The notes beneath the pieces are model-generated. The model did no database searches and was not told the DNA's origin. It saw only the letters and a list, made by a program, of their open reading frames with translations. Shown piece by piece: positions 1-13,699 of a stretch of 64,000 nucleotides of DNA (its first letter is position 1; each line of letters starts with the position of its first letter). Position numbers and translations under genes: made by a program. The stretch is from the human T2T-CHM13v2.0 reference genome, Homo sapiens, in assembly GCF_009914755.1 (NCBI RefSeq), contig NC_060936.1. One strand, written 5' to 3'.

Positions 1-207
1 GTGAGATTAATAGCACATTAGACACACTTGAATATATAAGTAATGAAAGATGAATCTAGAGGAATGGAAAGTAGCACAAAGATATAAAGAGTTGGGAAAT
101 ATGAAAATAGATGCCATAAATATGGAGGATAGCATAAATATGTAGGATAGTAATTCTCAAGCACATCTATTTGGAGATCCAGAAGGAAAGAAAAGAGAAA
201 ACAGGAC

Positions 208-1240
<1,033 letters not shown>

Positions 1241-1760
1241 TGTGCTAGATATTGACTATTGGCACTCAGCATCCATTCTCACTCCTTTTACAGTCTTTCT
1301 TACAGAGAGAGAAACACCTAGAGCTATAATTCTCAGACTCCCTTACCAGTAGGGTTCCAGCTAGAGATTAGGTTACACCATGTTGCACTCATGTAAGACT
1401 TTGGCAGTATGAATTCAGTAGAATCCCCTTTCCCCAACCCTTCTTTTCCTCCTGTAAGGATACAATGCTGTGGAGTCTTTAGTAGGTATGAGTTTTCACA
1501 AGAGCTGACTGGATTCTGCATTCTTCAGCCAGTTAACAGCCTCAAGGTCTGGGAATAGCTGTGATGCTGTAGTAGTTGTGTTAAGTTTCCTAACGTCTCA
1601 GTAATATCAGGCATCCTGACTCTCTGGACCAAATCTGCTACAGCAAACCTAAAGCCAGTGTCAGCTCCCTTCCCTCCACACTGGCTTTCTGTCCTCCCAC
1701 CCTGCCAAGGTCTAATAATGCTTTCAAATACCTTCCTCCATTCCTATCAACACACCTCTA
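1241..1760. mobile_element. Old ERVL/MaLR-type LTR remnant
   Basis: Abrupt compositional change after L1; ctcagactcccttaccagtaggg motif resembles LTR16/LTR33-type elements. Confidence 0.4.
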
Positions 1761-1794
1761 TGAGACTGGTATGAGCATCAGTAAACCAAATCTA

Positions 1795-2098
1795 GGCCAG
1801 GCATGGTGGGTCATCCCTGTAATCCTAGTGCTTTGGGAGGCCAAGGCCAGAGAATTGCTTGAAACCAGTAGTTTGAGACCAGCCTTGGCAACATGATGAG
1901 ACCCTGTGTCTACTTAAAAATAAAAAAGCCAGGCATGGCGGTGCACACCTGTAGTTCTAGCTACTCAGGAGGCTGAGGCAAGAGGATCACCTTAAGCCGA
2001 GGAGTTCAAGGTTACAGTGAGCTATAATCATGCTACTGCACTGCAGCCTGGGCAACACAGTGAGACCCATCTCTTTTAATAACAAAACAAAACAAAAC
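1795..2098 (+). mobile_element. AluJ
   Basis: Diverged dimer with (CAAAA)n tail. Confidence 0.9.
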
Positions 2099-2238
2099 CT
2101 AGAAACAATTTACGTATACATTATCCTTGTCAATAGTGTTACAGCAGAGTAGATAAGTTAACAAGAAACAAGGTCATTTGTCATATTTAACGTTTTAAAT
2201 ATTTACGTACTTGACATTTAATGAAAATATGCACATAG

Positions 2239-2733
<495 letters not shown>

Positions 2734-2959
2734 TGAAATGTAATTTTATATCTGTTGAATCTAATAATTTAAAAATCAGGGCTTTAAAAATATGTAGATA
2801 TGTATTTTACATTACATATATAGAGAGAGAGTTGGTTTCCTTTATAAACCTATGTATTTTATTGCATGCATTTAAAAACCTTAATTTGAGAAGAATCCCA
2901 TAATATTAAAAAAAATTCCCAAGGAGTCCATGACATAAAATGGTTAAGATCTTCTTTAC

Positions 2960-3520
2960 AAAATAAACTCTTATAATACGTTCCAGGAGACCTACATGAT
3001 AACATTCATAACCTTGATTTTTAATAGCAAAAAACTAAAAACAATCTAAAAAGTCCATTAAAAGAAAAATGGTTGAATACATTGTGGAATATTCACACAA
3101 TAGAATACTATGTAACAGTAAAATAGCTGAATGGTAGTCCCGCTAAATATAGTAGATGAATAATACTTACATATATGAATGAATCTCAAATACAATGCTG
3201 AGCAAAAAAAGTCGCTTAAGCATATATTCAGTATGATTCAATTTTCTAAAACTTAAAAACATGTTGAAATAAAACAATATTTAGGTGTCCAAATACACAC
3301 AGTAAAATAACAAGGGAAAACGTAGCCATGAAAGCTATCAGGATGAAAAGTTTCCTCTGGAGAAGAGAATGGGGCACATAGGTGTCTTCTAAACCTGTAG
3401 GTACTAGGGCAATTGTAGTGTTGTATTTTTGAGCTGACAGGTTAAGTGCACTAGCATTCACTATGTTATTATTCTTTATACCTTATACATATCATTGTTC
3501 TTTATTCAACAGTTAATGTA
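2960..3520 (+). mobile_element. L1ME-type 3' end fragment
   Basis: aatggttgaatacattgtggaatattcacacaatagaatacta...gaatctcaaatacaatgctgagcaaaa. Confidence 0.65.
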
Positions 3521-5622
3521 CAATTTAGAATTTTAAAAGATATCATCATTCTTGGCTGGGTGTTCATTAACTATTGCCTAGTTACACCTGCCATGGACAC
3601 TCCCTTATCTGACCATGTCATTCTGAAGGAATAATGCAAAGAACTAGAGACAGCTAATGTCACTTGATATTAAGAAATGATAGCCTAAAAATCAAGGAAA
3701 TATTCAAACTAAAGTTGTTTCTTGGTTTCTAACAAGAAGAAGGAAAAAGAAAAAAAAGTGTGAATGAAGCATATATAAATAACTAAAATAAATGAACACA
3801 TTGATTTTCTACTATATGCTAAGTATAATTAGTACAATACTCTTGATATCCATAGAATATTAAGGAAAGGTGCAATCAGCAGAGGCTAGGCCCTGTACAA
3901 CTTATGTGCTCCCTTTTTGCCCATAGCCAAAATGGTCCTGAGTCTACTACCATGCCCACTTCAAATAGGCCTTCTGCAGGTTGCCCAGCAAAACATTTCA
4001 CTGGAAAAAGGCATATTCGCTTACTTAAAACTGTTTATTGAGTGTCTTTCCAAAGCGCTACTCAAATTTGAAAAATTATTTTTAAAAAAGTTTTAAAAAA
4101 TAGCATACACACCAAAATTATTTGTGATGATGGCCTTTGAGTGTGGGGATTGTGAGCAATTTTGATAATAAGGAATATATGCTGTTTTATGAGAAGAAAC
4201 AAAACTCAATAAACTGAAAAACAAAAACAAAAAATAGCCCCATGAGACAATGACCTAACATCCCTCTCTTGACTAAGCTCAGTATAGAGACCTATTTCTT
4301 AAGTAGGGGACATATGGTCTCAGAAAACAGATTTAGAAAGATAATTTTGAAATCTGTAGGAATTGAGTAATAGATATCTCTAGAAAGTGAAACTACCTGA
4401 AAAAATTTTAATTGCAGGTAAAAAAAAATCAGAAGTATAGCTCTGAACTCCTTTGACATAAAAAAGGTTAAGAAAACAAAACAAAAACTGTGATAAGAAG
4501 AAAACTCACTATATTGAGAGGGAATTAAAGAAAGGGGCAAAGAAATAACTGAGAAATTTGAAAACTATAAAAAGAATTTTGTTTTGACATGGGAGAGTCT
4601 AAAGTCATTGCTTAGAGAAAGAACATAGAGAACAAAAGGAAAAAATGCCTAATTAATTAACATATTGGAAAAAGCAGCTATGAGAAGTGACAAGTGTGAA
4701 AACCCAGACATAATCAACTTGGACTTCCAGAAGGTTTGAGATAGAGCATCACATAAGGATTTGTAGATATAATTACTACTGCTGTTGAAATGCCAAAACT
4801 CTATGTTGAGAGTAGAGAATAAAAGGATGTTGATTTTGGCAGAAATCACAGTGGCAAAAGCATCTACGTTACATTTGGTTATTTAGTATATCTATACCTG
4901 TCAACATAAAAATATATGTATGAGAGCTACCTACAGAAGAGTTTGCAATTTTAAAAAAAGGTAAATGATTTCTTTTTAAAACTAAAATCAACAACAAGTT
5001 AAGGCTCAAAAGAAAACAACAGTTGCTTAAGAATAGACATATAAATCAGTGGAACAGAAGAAAGTCTAGAAATAGACCTGCATATATATATATATAGTAA
5101 ATTGATTTTTGACAAAGATGCTAAGATAATTCAAGGGAGAATGATAGTCTTCCCAATAAATGGTGCTGTAACAACCGGATGTTCATACTGAAAAATATGA
5201 ACCTCAAGCCTTATCATATACCATACACAAAAATTAATTCAAAATGGTCAGAGACTCAAATAAAAGCTAAAACTAGAAAATCTCTAAAACAGAAAGCCCT
5301 CACAACTGAGGGATAGGCAAAGATTTCTTAGGATATGAAAAGCACTAATCATTTGCAAAAACTGATAAACTGAACTTCATTCAAATTAGAACTTCTGCTC
5401 TTAAAATACATGGTCAAGAAAATAAAAAGGCAAAATTTAAAGATCTAATATACAGCATAAGGACTAAAGTTAATAAAATTATATTGTATTAGGGATTTTT
5501 GTTAAATAAGTAGATTTTAGCTGTTTTTGTCACACACAAAAAAATAACTACATGAGATGACAGATATTTTAATCTACTTCACTATAGTAACCATTTTACT
5601 ATCTATATGTATTTCATAACAT

Positions 5623-6467
5623 TGATACGGAAGTGCCAGGAGGGGCATGGTCCCTTTAAATGATACGGAAGAGGTGAAGGGAAGTGCTGAAGGGAAGGGA
5701 AGTGCTGTGTGGAGGAGGGTGTGGTCCTTGGCTAGGGCTCCACCCCCGGGCCTGTGCCCATGGACCTACGTGAAGACAGGCATTTTTTTTTCCCTGCCCA
5801 AATGTTGCATTTCCCAAGAACACCCTGGCCTGCCACGCCCCCATCTTGTGCCTATAAACCCCCCCGAGACCCCAGCAGGCAGACACACAGGCAGCTGGAC
5901 ATCGAGAGGAGCACATCAGTGGAGGAACATATGGGCGGCTGAACATCAGGAGGAACACACCAACAGGCACCAGCATGCAAGCAGGCCATCCACCAGCAGA
6001 ATGATGTGGAGTCTGGCTGGGGCAGTTGGAGGAGAGCCCAGGCCTCCAAGCGGCCCGACTCCAGGGGAAAACCATCTCCCTTCTGGCTCCCCCATCTGCT
6101 GAGAGCTACTTTCACTCAATAAAACCTTGCACTCATTCTCTAAGCCCATGTGTAATCTGATTCTTCAAGTACACCAAGACAAGAACCCAGGATACAGAAA
6201 GCCCTCTGTCCTTGCGATAAGGCAGGAGTCTAATTGAGCTAGCACAAGCTGCCTACAGATGGCTAAACTAAAAGAGCACTCTGTAACACATGCCCACTGG
6301 GGCTTCAGTTGCAAACATTCACCCCTAGACAATGCTGTGGGGTCAGAGCCCCACAGCCTGCCTGTCTGTATGCTCCCCTAGAGGTTTGAGCAGCTGGGCA
6401 CTGAAGAAGTAAACCACACTCCCATCACGTGCCCTGAGAGGAGGACAAGGGAAATTTTACCTTTTCA
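5623..6467 (+). repeat. 5' LTR (LTR1-like)
   Basis: Starts TGATACGG and ends TTTCA; TATA-like cctataaa near 5851; AATAAA at 6118; homologous to 9473-10294. Confidence 0.92.
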
Positions 6468-6469
6468 AC

Positions 6470-6487
6470 TGGGGGCTCATCCAGGAT
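6470..6487 (+). promoter_or_regulatory. Primer binding site, tRNA-Pro
   Basis: TGGGGGCTCATCCAGGAT versus PBS-Pro TGGGGGCTCGTCCGGGAT (two CpG-type changes), 2 nt after the LTR end. Confidence 0.9.
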
Positions 6488-7732
6488 TGTGGAAGGTGTG
6501 AGTGAATGTGAAACTGTCGGGTCTGCCTCTCTTCCGAAACTCCACCACCTTTCTCTCTTTCCTGCGGGTAAGAGGCTCTGTTTCCCTTCACAGAGTTTTA
6601 AACCGCCCTAACTGGGCCAGTCAAAACCCCCAGACTTTGTCTCTTTTTTCTCTCTCTCTCACATGGTTTAAAATGGCTCTTATCTCTTTCTTTATAATAT
6701 TAAGAGTTTTGCTACAGGCTGCGGCAATGTTACTAAGTAAAATGAGCATTTGGCTCAGCCACCAAAGGTGCAAATCAGACCAATTTTTTCCTAGAGGTGC
6801 ATGTATGCCTCCACCTCGACAGTCACAGGCATGCGTGGCTCAGGGCACCTCTCCTTATTCTTACCCCTCCCAGCTCAGGCACCTGGGCATGCCTGCAGCA
6901 GGCAAAAGCCAAACCCAACAGTCACAAGGGGGGCAGGAGAAAACCAGTGGTAGCCAGGACCCCACGGGGTCAACAGATAGGGCGCTTCTCGCCTGCTGTG
7001 TCAATGGAACATTTCTCCTTTGGCCAAGGAATTCAACCCAGTCTGAACCAGGAAAAAGATATAAGAATTAGAGGAACCCAGTTGCACTAAGCAAGGGGTT
7101 CTTCCCCCAGAATCTCCCCCTTTTTGCCCCTTAAACTGTTTTTCTGTTTTTTCCTTTTCCATGTGAGAGGGCTCCCCCTCCCAACTCTGTTTCTGATATG
7201 GAAGTTAAGGGAGGAATGACCCCTGCTGGCTGAGAACTGCAAATTCAGCAGGGCTCATTTGAGACACTCTAAACAGATACAAACAGCCTCTGAAATATCT
7301 TTTCAGTCCCAAACTCGATTCCAAGCTTCAGGCTGAAGCCCTAGAAAGAAAAACCAGGTGCGAGGGATTCAAAGCCAGGCAATAGGCACAATGTAAATGG
7401 GCAGGACCAATTCCTGCCAACTGAAACCCACCCCACAGAAGGAGGCCATGCTTTATGGCATGAACAGTCCCTGGGACCTCAAAGATTGCCAACAACAGGG
7501 AGAATGGGAGGCATAGGTGACAGCGTTTAATTCCTATTCTCCAGGTTTTCTCTGCTTCATGGGTACATACTGCAATTGCACCTACGGCCAGCACCTGCCA
7601 AGGTCACCAGGGCTCAGGGATAAGAGGTAGAGAGTGAAGGGAAGATGCTCGCTTTCTCTCTCCATCACATCCTGAGTTTTCGCTGAAAGAGGGAAGGGAA
7701 ATGAGGGAAGCCTCTATTCCCTGTCTTTCAGA

Positions 7733-8990
7733 ATGGGCAAACAGTTCTCTTCACCACCGCCAGCTTATACTCCTCTGGAGTGTATCCTGAACCATTGGGA
7801 CTGCTTTGACCCTCATAATCTGGAGGAAAAGCACCTCATAGCTCTCTGCACAAAGGTTTGGCCAAATTATGATTTACAGGAAGGACTGGCTTGGCCTCAG
7901 GAAAGGACCATTCATTTCAATACCATATGGCAATTGGAACTTTTCTGTAGATGCGAGGACAGATGGTCTGAGGTCCCATACGTGCAGGCTTTCTATACCT
8001 TGCAAGGCAATCCCGACCTTTGCCGACAATGTAGGATTGACCTAGCCCCTGTGTTTGCTGTCTCAGGAAGGCTGCAAGTGGCAAGGCCAGGAAATTAAAG
8101 ACATGAGTCCCAGAGGCACCCCCAGCAGAGAAGCCAGCACCCTCAAGCCCTGCTCCTCTGGGTCCACCCCAACCTTTCTATCCAACTTCAGCCTCTCCCT
8201 TACCCCCTCCTAGAAATCATCACTCTAAACAAGCCCCAGTCTCACTCTTGCCTTTCCAACAGATGCCCAGTGAATTTGGGCCCAGTAAGGTCCAGGTCCC
8301 CTTCTCCCTACAGAACTTAAAGCAAATGGGGGATCTTGGCAAGTTTTCAGATGACCCTGATAGATATATAGAGGCTTTCCAGAATTTCACCCAAATATTT
8401 GAACTCTCCTGGAGAGACATTATGTCACTTTTGAATTAGAACCTGATGGACGCTGAGAAGCAGGCTGTTCTGCAAGTAGCAGAGAGATTTGGGGATGAGC
8501 TTTGTATCATGTAAAGTGTCAGGGAAGAGGGTAAATATTATCCAATTGGAAGAGAAGCAGTACCAGTGTATGACCCTAAATGGGATCCCAGTGACAAGGT
8601 GGAAGACTGGAAGAGGAGACATCCTTAGGTGTGCATAATAGAGGGCATATGTAGAACTAAGACCAAGCCTTCTCTGAGACGGCAATTATACTAAGTTGTC
8701 CATGATCGATCAGGGATTTGATGAGAATCCCACTGCCTTCCTGGAGCGGCTAAGAGAGGCCTTCGTAAAGCACACCTCTCTTATCTCTTGATTCAGTTGA
8801 GGGACAGCTAATCCCAAAGGATAAATTTATTATTCAGGCAGCCCCTGATATCAGGAGGAAGCTATAAAAACAGGTCCTGGGACCAGATAGCACTTTAGAG
8901 AACCTCCTTAAAGTAGTCACCTCGGTCTTTTATAATAGAGACAGGGAGGCCCAGCAAAGGGAGAGAAATGCAGGAAAGAGAAAGAAGCTT
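7733..8990 (+). pseudogene. gag: Degenerate gammaretrovirus-like gag (MA-CA)
   Basis: ORF 7733..8098 MGKQFSS..TPLECILNHWDCFDP..WSEVPYVQAF (matrix, ERV9/HERV-W-like); capsid VPFSL..LGKFSDDPDRYIEAF near 8290-8400; major homology region QGFDENPTAFLERLREAF near 8711-8764; stops and frameshifts in between. Confidence 0.88.
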
Positions 8991-9472
8991 TAATGGCCCC
9001 CAGGCAAGCCTACAAACCCTAGAATTCCCAGAGTGCACCTGTTAACTGCTAAAGATAAGGCAAGAACAGTTTTCTCTCATTCTAAAAGTTTATCCGCTCC
9101 CATATAAGGTTTAATTTCTTTCACCAGGGTGATACAATTCAAGGTACAATATTGTTGTTCGTATATTTCACTTATCTCTGTAATCTTTGGCACTAAATTC
9201 TTTCCTTGTATAACACACGTATAACCCATGTATACTTAACCTTATAAAACTTGTTTTTTTTCTCTCATGCCTAGAAGCCATCAAACTCCAAACGGTCAGG
9301 CAACCGAAGCCTTGGACGATGGCTCCCCTTTGCTAGGAACACTTAGATAGACTGGGAGAAATCTGACTGCTGTTTTGCCCAAAACAGTGCCCCCTGTCGT
9401 CAGGAAACAGCTAAGGCCGGTCATCGTCCATATTCTAACGGCAGTAAGATATACCTCTTCAGAGGGGGATAA

Positions 9473-10294
9473 TGATACAGAAGTGCTGGGAAGGGCATGG
9501 TTCCTTTAAATAAGACGGAATTGGAGAAGAAGTGCTGTGTAGAGGAGGGCATAGTCCCTGGCTAGGGCTCCACCCCCAGGCCTGTGCCCATGGACCTAGG
9601 TGAAGACAGGCATTTTTGCTTTCCTGCCCAAATGTTGCATTTCCCAAGACCACCCTTGCCTGCCAAGCCCCATCCTGTGCCTATAAAAACCCTGAGACCC
9701 TAGCAAGCAGACACACAAGCAACTGGACGTCAAGAGGAGCACATCAGCAGAGAAACAGATGGGCGGCTGAACGTCAGGAGGAACACACCGACAGGCACCG
9801 GCATGCTGGCAGGCCATCGACTGGCAGAATGATGTGGAGTTTGGCTGGGGCACTTGGAGGAGAGCCCAGGCTGCTGAGTGGCCGGCTCCAGTGGAAAACC
9901 ATCTCCCTTCTGGCTCCCCCATCTGCTGAGAGCTACTTCCACTCAATAAAACCTTGCACTCATTCTCTAAGCCCACAGGTAATCTGATTCTTCTGGTACA
10001 CCAAGGCAAGAACCCCAGTATACAGAAAGCCGTCTGTCCTTGCAATAAGGCAGGAGTCTAACTGAGCTAACATAAACCATCTACGGATAGCTAAACTAAA
10101 AGAGCACCCTGTAACACACGCCCACTGGTGCTTCAGCTGTAAACAATCACCCCTAGACACTGCTGTGGGTTTGGAGCTCCACAGCCTGCCCATCTGTATG
10201 CTCCCCTAGAGGTTTGAGCAGTGGTGTACGGAAGAAGCGAGCCATACCCCCATCACATGCCCTGTGAGGGGGACAAGGAACGTTTCCCGTTTCA
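9473..10294 (+). repeat. 3' LTR (LTR1-like), preceded by polypurine tract AGAGGGGGATAA (9461-9472)
   Basis: TGATACAG...TTTCA; direct repeat of the 5' LTR, roughly 10% diverged by eye. Confidence 0.92.
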
Positions 10295-11335
10295 ACATCA
10301 TATTGTAAACCTCAAAAATACACAATATTTTTAAAAATGAAAATAAAAAGACAATTGATAGACTGTGAGAAAATATTTCCAATACATATATCTAACAAAA
10401 AAGTAGTATCCATAATATACAAAGAACTCTTATAACTCCATAAGTCAACCCAATTTAAAAAAAAAATAGGCATAAGAAAACATGAGTGGTTAATAAACCC
10501 ATAAAAATATAGTCACTATCATCAGTCATCAGATAAATGCAAATTATGATCACCATGATACTACCTTTACAGCCACTACAATGGCTAAAGGTATTAATAG
10601 AAAGCCTGACAATACTAGGTGATAGCAAGGATGTGGAGCAACTAGAACTCTCATAGTAGTGGGAATGCAGAATGGTATAATCATTTTGGAAAACATCTTG
10701 GCAGTTTCTTATAAAGTTAAACATTTACTTCCATAAGACCCAGAAATTCTACTATAGGTATTTACCCAAGAGAAATGAAAATATATCTGCACAAAAATGT
10801 GTACATGCATATTCATAGCAGCTTCATGCATAACAGCCCCTACTGGAAACAAACCAAATGTTCATTCACAGGTGAATGGATAAACCAGTTGTGATTTATT
10901 CATACAATGGACTACTACTCAGCAATAAAAATTATTAAACTACTAATACATGTAACCATATGGATAAGTTTCAAAATATTATGTTGAGTAAAAGGAGGAA
11001 ACAAAGAGGACATACTTAGATTCAATATATAAAATTCTAGAAGAGGGAAATATAATTTATAGTGACAGAGAAGAAACCAGTGGTTGCCTAGTGCCTGGCA
11101 TGGAGGGGAACTGACTGCAAAGGAGCATGAGGAAACCTTTTGGAGGTGAAGGTAATATTCTGTATGTTGATTATGGTAGTCATTACATGGGTGTACACAT
11201 ATGTCAACATGGGTATACTTTACTGTATATCAAGTATGCCTTAATGTCGATCTTTTTAATTGTCTTTGAAGATTGCAGATTTCATCTCTGTATATTGAAT
11301 AGAAGTGTGCAGCCCTCCAAGCAACAGCCTTTAGC

Positions 11336-11656
11336 CAGGGTCACCTAATGATAGCCTGCAGGGCAAATCTAGCCCTATATGGCCCACAAGATGGGAATAA
11401 TTTTAGTTTTCAACATTTAAAAAATCAAAGGAAGAATATTACTTTGTGCATATGAACATTATATAAATTTCAAATTTCAGTATCCATAAACAAAGTTTTA
11501 TTGGGACATAGCCATGCTTATGTGTTTACATATCATCTATGACTACTTTTGCACTATTATGGCAGAGTTGAGTACTTGCGACAAAGACTATATGGCCTAA
11601 AGGCCTAAAATATTTACTGTCTGGCCCTTTACAGAAAAAGTTTGTGGCCTCTACCC
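11336..11656 (+). mobile_element. MER58-like hAT-Charlie MITE
   Basis: gcctgcagggcaaatctagcc...gcctaaaatatttactgtctggccctttacagaaaaagtttg. Confidence 0.85.
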
Positions 11657-11817
11657 TACAGTACAGGAATTCTTCCTGTCACTTCCCATTACCAAATAAT
11701 GGAATTAACCAGATTGTTCTCAATCCTTTTACTTATCTCCTGTGACTGGGGAGTTGGTTCATAAGCTTTGGAGTAATATAAGGCTAAGCTCAAATCTTAT
11801 TTATCACTTAACTACTA

Positions 11818-12162
11818 CAGTTGTCCCTCTATATCCATGGAGATTGATTTCAGGACCTCCTGCAGATAGCAAAATCCATGGATATAAAAATCTGCGGATA
11901 CTGAAGTCCCTTATATAAAATGGCACAGTATTTGCATATAACCTACACATGTCCTCCTGAATACTTTAAAACATCTTTAGATTACTTATATAATACCTAA
12001 TATAATGCCAACACATCACTTCACTCATGAGGATTCAATGTAGTGTGAAGCAAATTCAAGTTTTGGTTTTTGGAACTCTGTGGAATTTTTTTCCTGAATA
12101 TTTTTGATCCAAGGTTAGTTGAATACACGTATGTGGAACTCATGGATGTGGAGGGCTGGCTG
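11818..12162. mobile_element. MER2-like TcMar-Tigger MITE inserted in a MIR
   Basis: TA|CAGTTGTCCCTC...GAGGGCTGGCTG|TA terminal inverted repeats with TA TSD. Confidence 0.88.
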
Positions 12163-12674
12163 TATATTACTTTGGGCAAATTTTTTAAGTTTTCAGTTTT
12201 CTCAGATTTTTCACTTGGAAAGTAGGGGAGATGATATACATCTCAGAGGACCACCGAAAGGATTAATGAGATAATGTAAATAAAATACATATTGTCTAGC
12301 AGTTAACAAACACTTAATATTTCTTCATATTCTCCTTCTAAATAAAGTATTTAAAAACAAGGGCTTGTCAAATGGGGGAAAAAATGAGCCTGATCACCTA
12401 CCCATTAGTTTTCAAATTAGAAGGCACAAGCTATTTCCTACATTATATTAGTTCTTATGCTGGCAGAAGTTAGTTATCAAACTTCATTTACTTTTAAAAA
12501 ACCTTTTATGCCTATCTTTGTACTTACATAATCATACAATATGTAGTTTGTGTCTGGCTTCTTTTGATTAACCTTATGTTCATGAGATTTACTATATTGT
12601 TGTATAGAGTTGTAGATCATTCATTATCCCTGATGTATATAGTATAATAGTACTTCACTATGAAGCTTTACTTT

Positions 12675-12987
12675 CTTTTCTTTTCATTTTCATTTTTAAG
12701 AGATGGGGTATCACTATGTTGACCAGGGTGGTCTTGAACTCCTGAACTCAAGCAATCTGTCTGCCTCAGCCTCCTAAAATGCTGAGATTACAGGCATGAG
12801 CCACCACACTCAGCCTATTTACTTTCGATCATAAAATTAAAATCTCTTTCTCTCTCTCTCTCTCTGTAGAGACTGGGTCTCCCCATGTCTTAAAAATAAA
12901 ATGTCTTAAACTCCAAGCCTCAGGCGATTCTCCCACCTCAGTCTCCAAAAATGTTGGGATTACAGGCATGAGCCACCATGACCTGCC
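12675..12987 (-). mobile_element. Two head-to-tail Alu left monomers (FLAM-like; ~12675-12815 and ~12845-12987)
   Basis: Both end in gattacaggcatgagccacc and lack right arms. Confidence 0.8.
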
Positions 12988-13035
12988 AAACGTAAAGTTT
13001 AACATTCTAAACTGGCCATGATGTTAAAATACCCA

Positions 13036-13178
13036 CAGTCATGCTCCAAATAATGACATTTCTGTTAACAATGGACCACATAGATGATGGTGGTTCTGTA
13101 AGATTATAATACCATATTTTTACTGCACTGTTTCTAAGTTTAGATATTGTATCCCCATTGTTAAGCAACATATCACTG
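13036..13178. mobile_element. Tigger3/MER7-like short derivative
   Basis: cagtcatgc..atgacatttctgttaacaatggaccacata..taagattataatac; ends cactg|ta. Confidence 0.75.
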
Positions 13179-13699
13179 TAGTTGTTCATAGAATATTTTA
13201 TTACACTTGTTGAGAATGTAATTTTACATTTAAAAAATATACCTTCAAATTGTTTATGGGTGTATGTTTAATCTCTCCAACTGATATGTTACCTCTTTCA
13301 GATAGAGAACCTTGTCAGGTGCTTCCCTATTACCCATACAAAATACACTCAATATATCTAATTTAATGAATACTTATTTATATCTAACATAGAAAACAGT
13401 GTGATGAGATTCCTGAAGCATTCAAAGAATAAGACATAGTTATTGCTTTCAATGGGATATCAGAATCGAAATGAAGAAACATAACTGAAATGCCTAAAAT
13501 AATTCACAAATAATAAAAAACAATATTCATTTTATAAATATTTACTGTGCCAGGCAGAGGGTTGGGTGCTGAAACTTCAGTGATGAATAAAACAGAATCC
13601 CTGCATGAGCCTGAACTGGCCACATCCTCTGCTATCCTCTGGAAAAATGAAAGAGACTTTGGCAGAGCTAAAAAGTAACAACTCATCAGAGAACATAAA

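Larger units (their letters stand above)
5623..10294 (+). mobile_element. ERV1 provirus, internally reduced (LTR-PBS-gag-PPT-LTR), LTR1/HUERS-P2-like
   Basis: Two ~830 bp direct repeats with TG...CA ends, 4-bp TSD ACAT (5619-5622 and 10295-10298), tRNA-Pro PBS, PPT, gag remnants; no pol or env seen. Family name is from recall. Confidence 0.93.
5434..10338 (+). mobile_element. Short L1MA-type 3' fragment (5434-5622 plus 10299-10338) split by the ERV
   Basis: L1 3'UTR-like sequence continues across the ERV TSD; flanked by 16-bp repeat GAAAATAAAAAG(G/A)CAA at 5418-5433 and 10339-10354. Confidence 0.75.
5025..11260 (+). mobile_element. Old L1M ORF2 end and 3'UTR (5025-5433 plus 10355-11260), host of the nested insertions
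   Basis: L1 ORF2-like motifs (ttgatttttgacaaagatgc, ggataggcaaagatttctta, ggatgtggagcaactagaactctc, ggtgaatggataaac). Confidence 0.8.

Noticed and set aside
5647-7090. Cluster of 139-189 aa ORFs, with counterparts at 9596-10045
   Set aside because: They lie in GC-richer LTR and leader sequence, have no recognisable domains, and the frames differ between the two LTRs.
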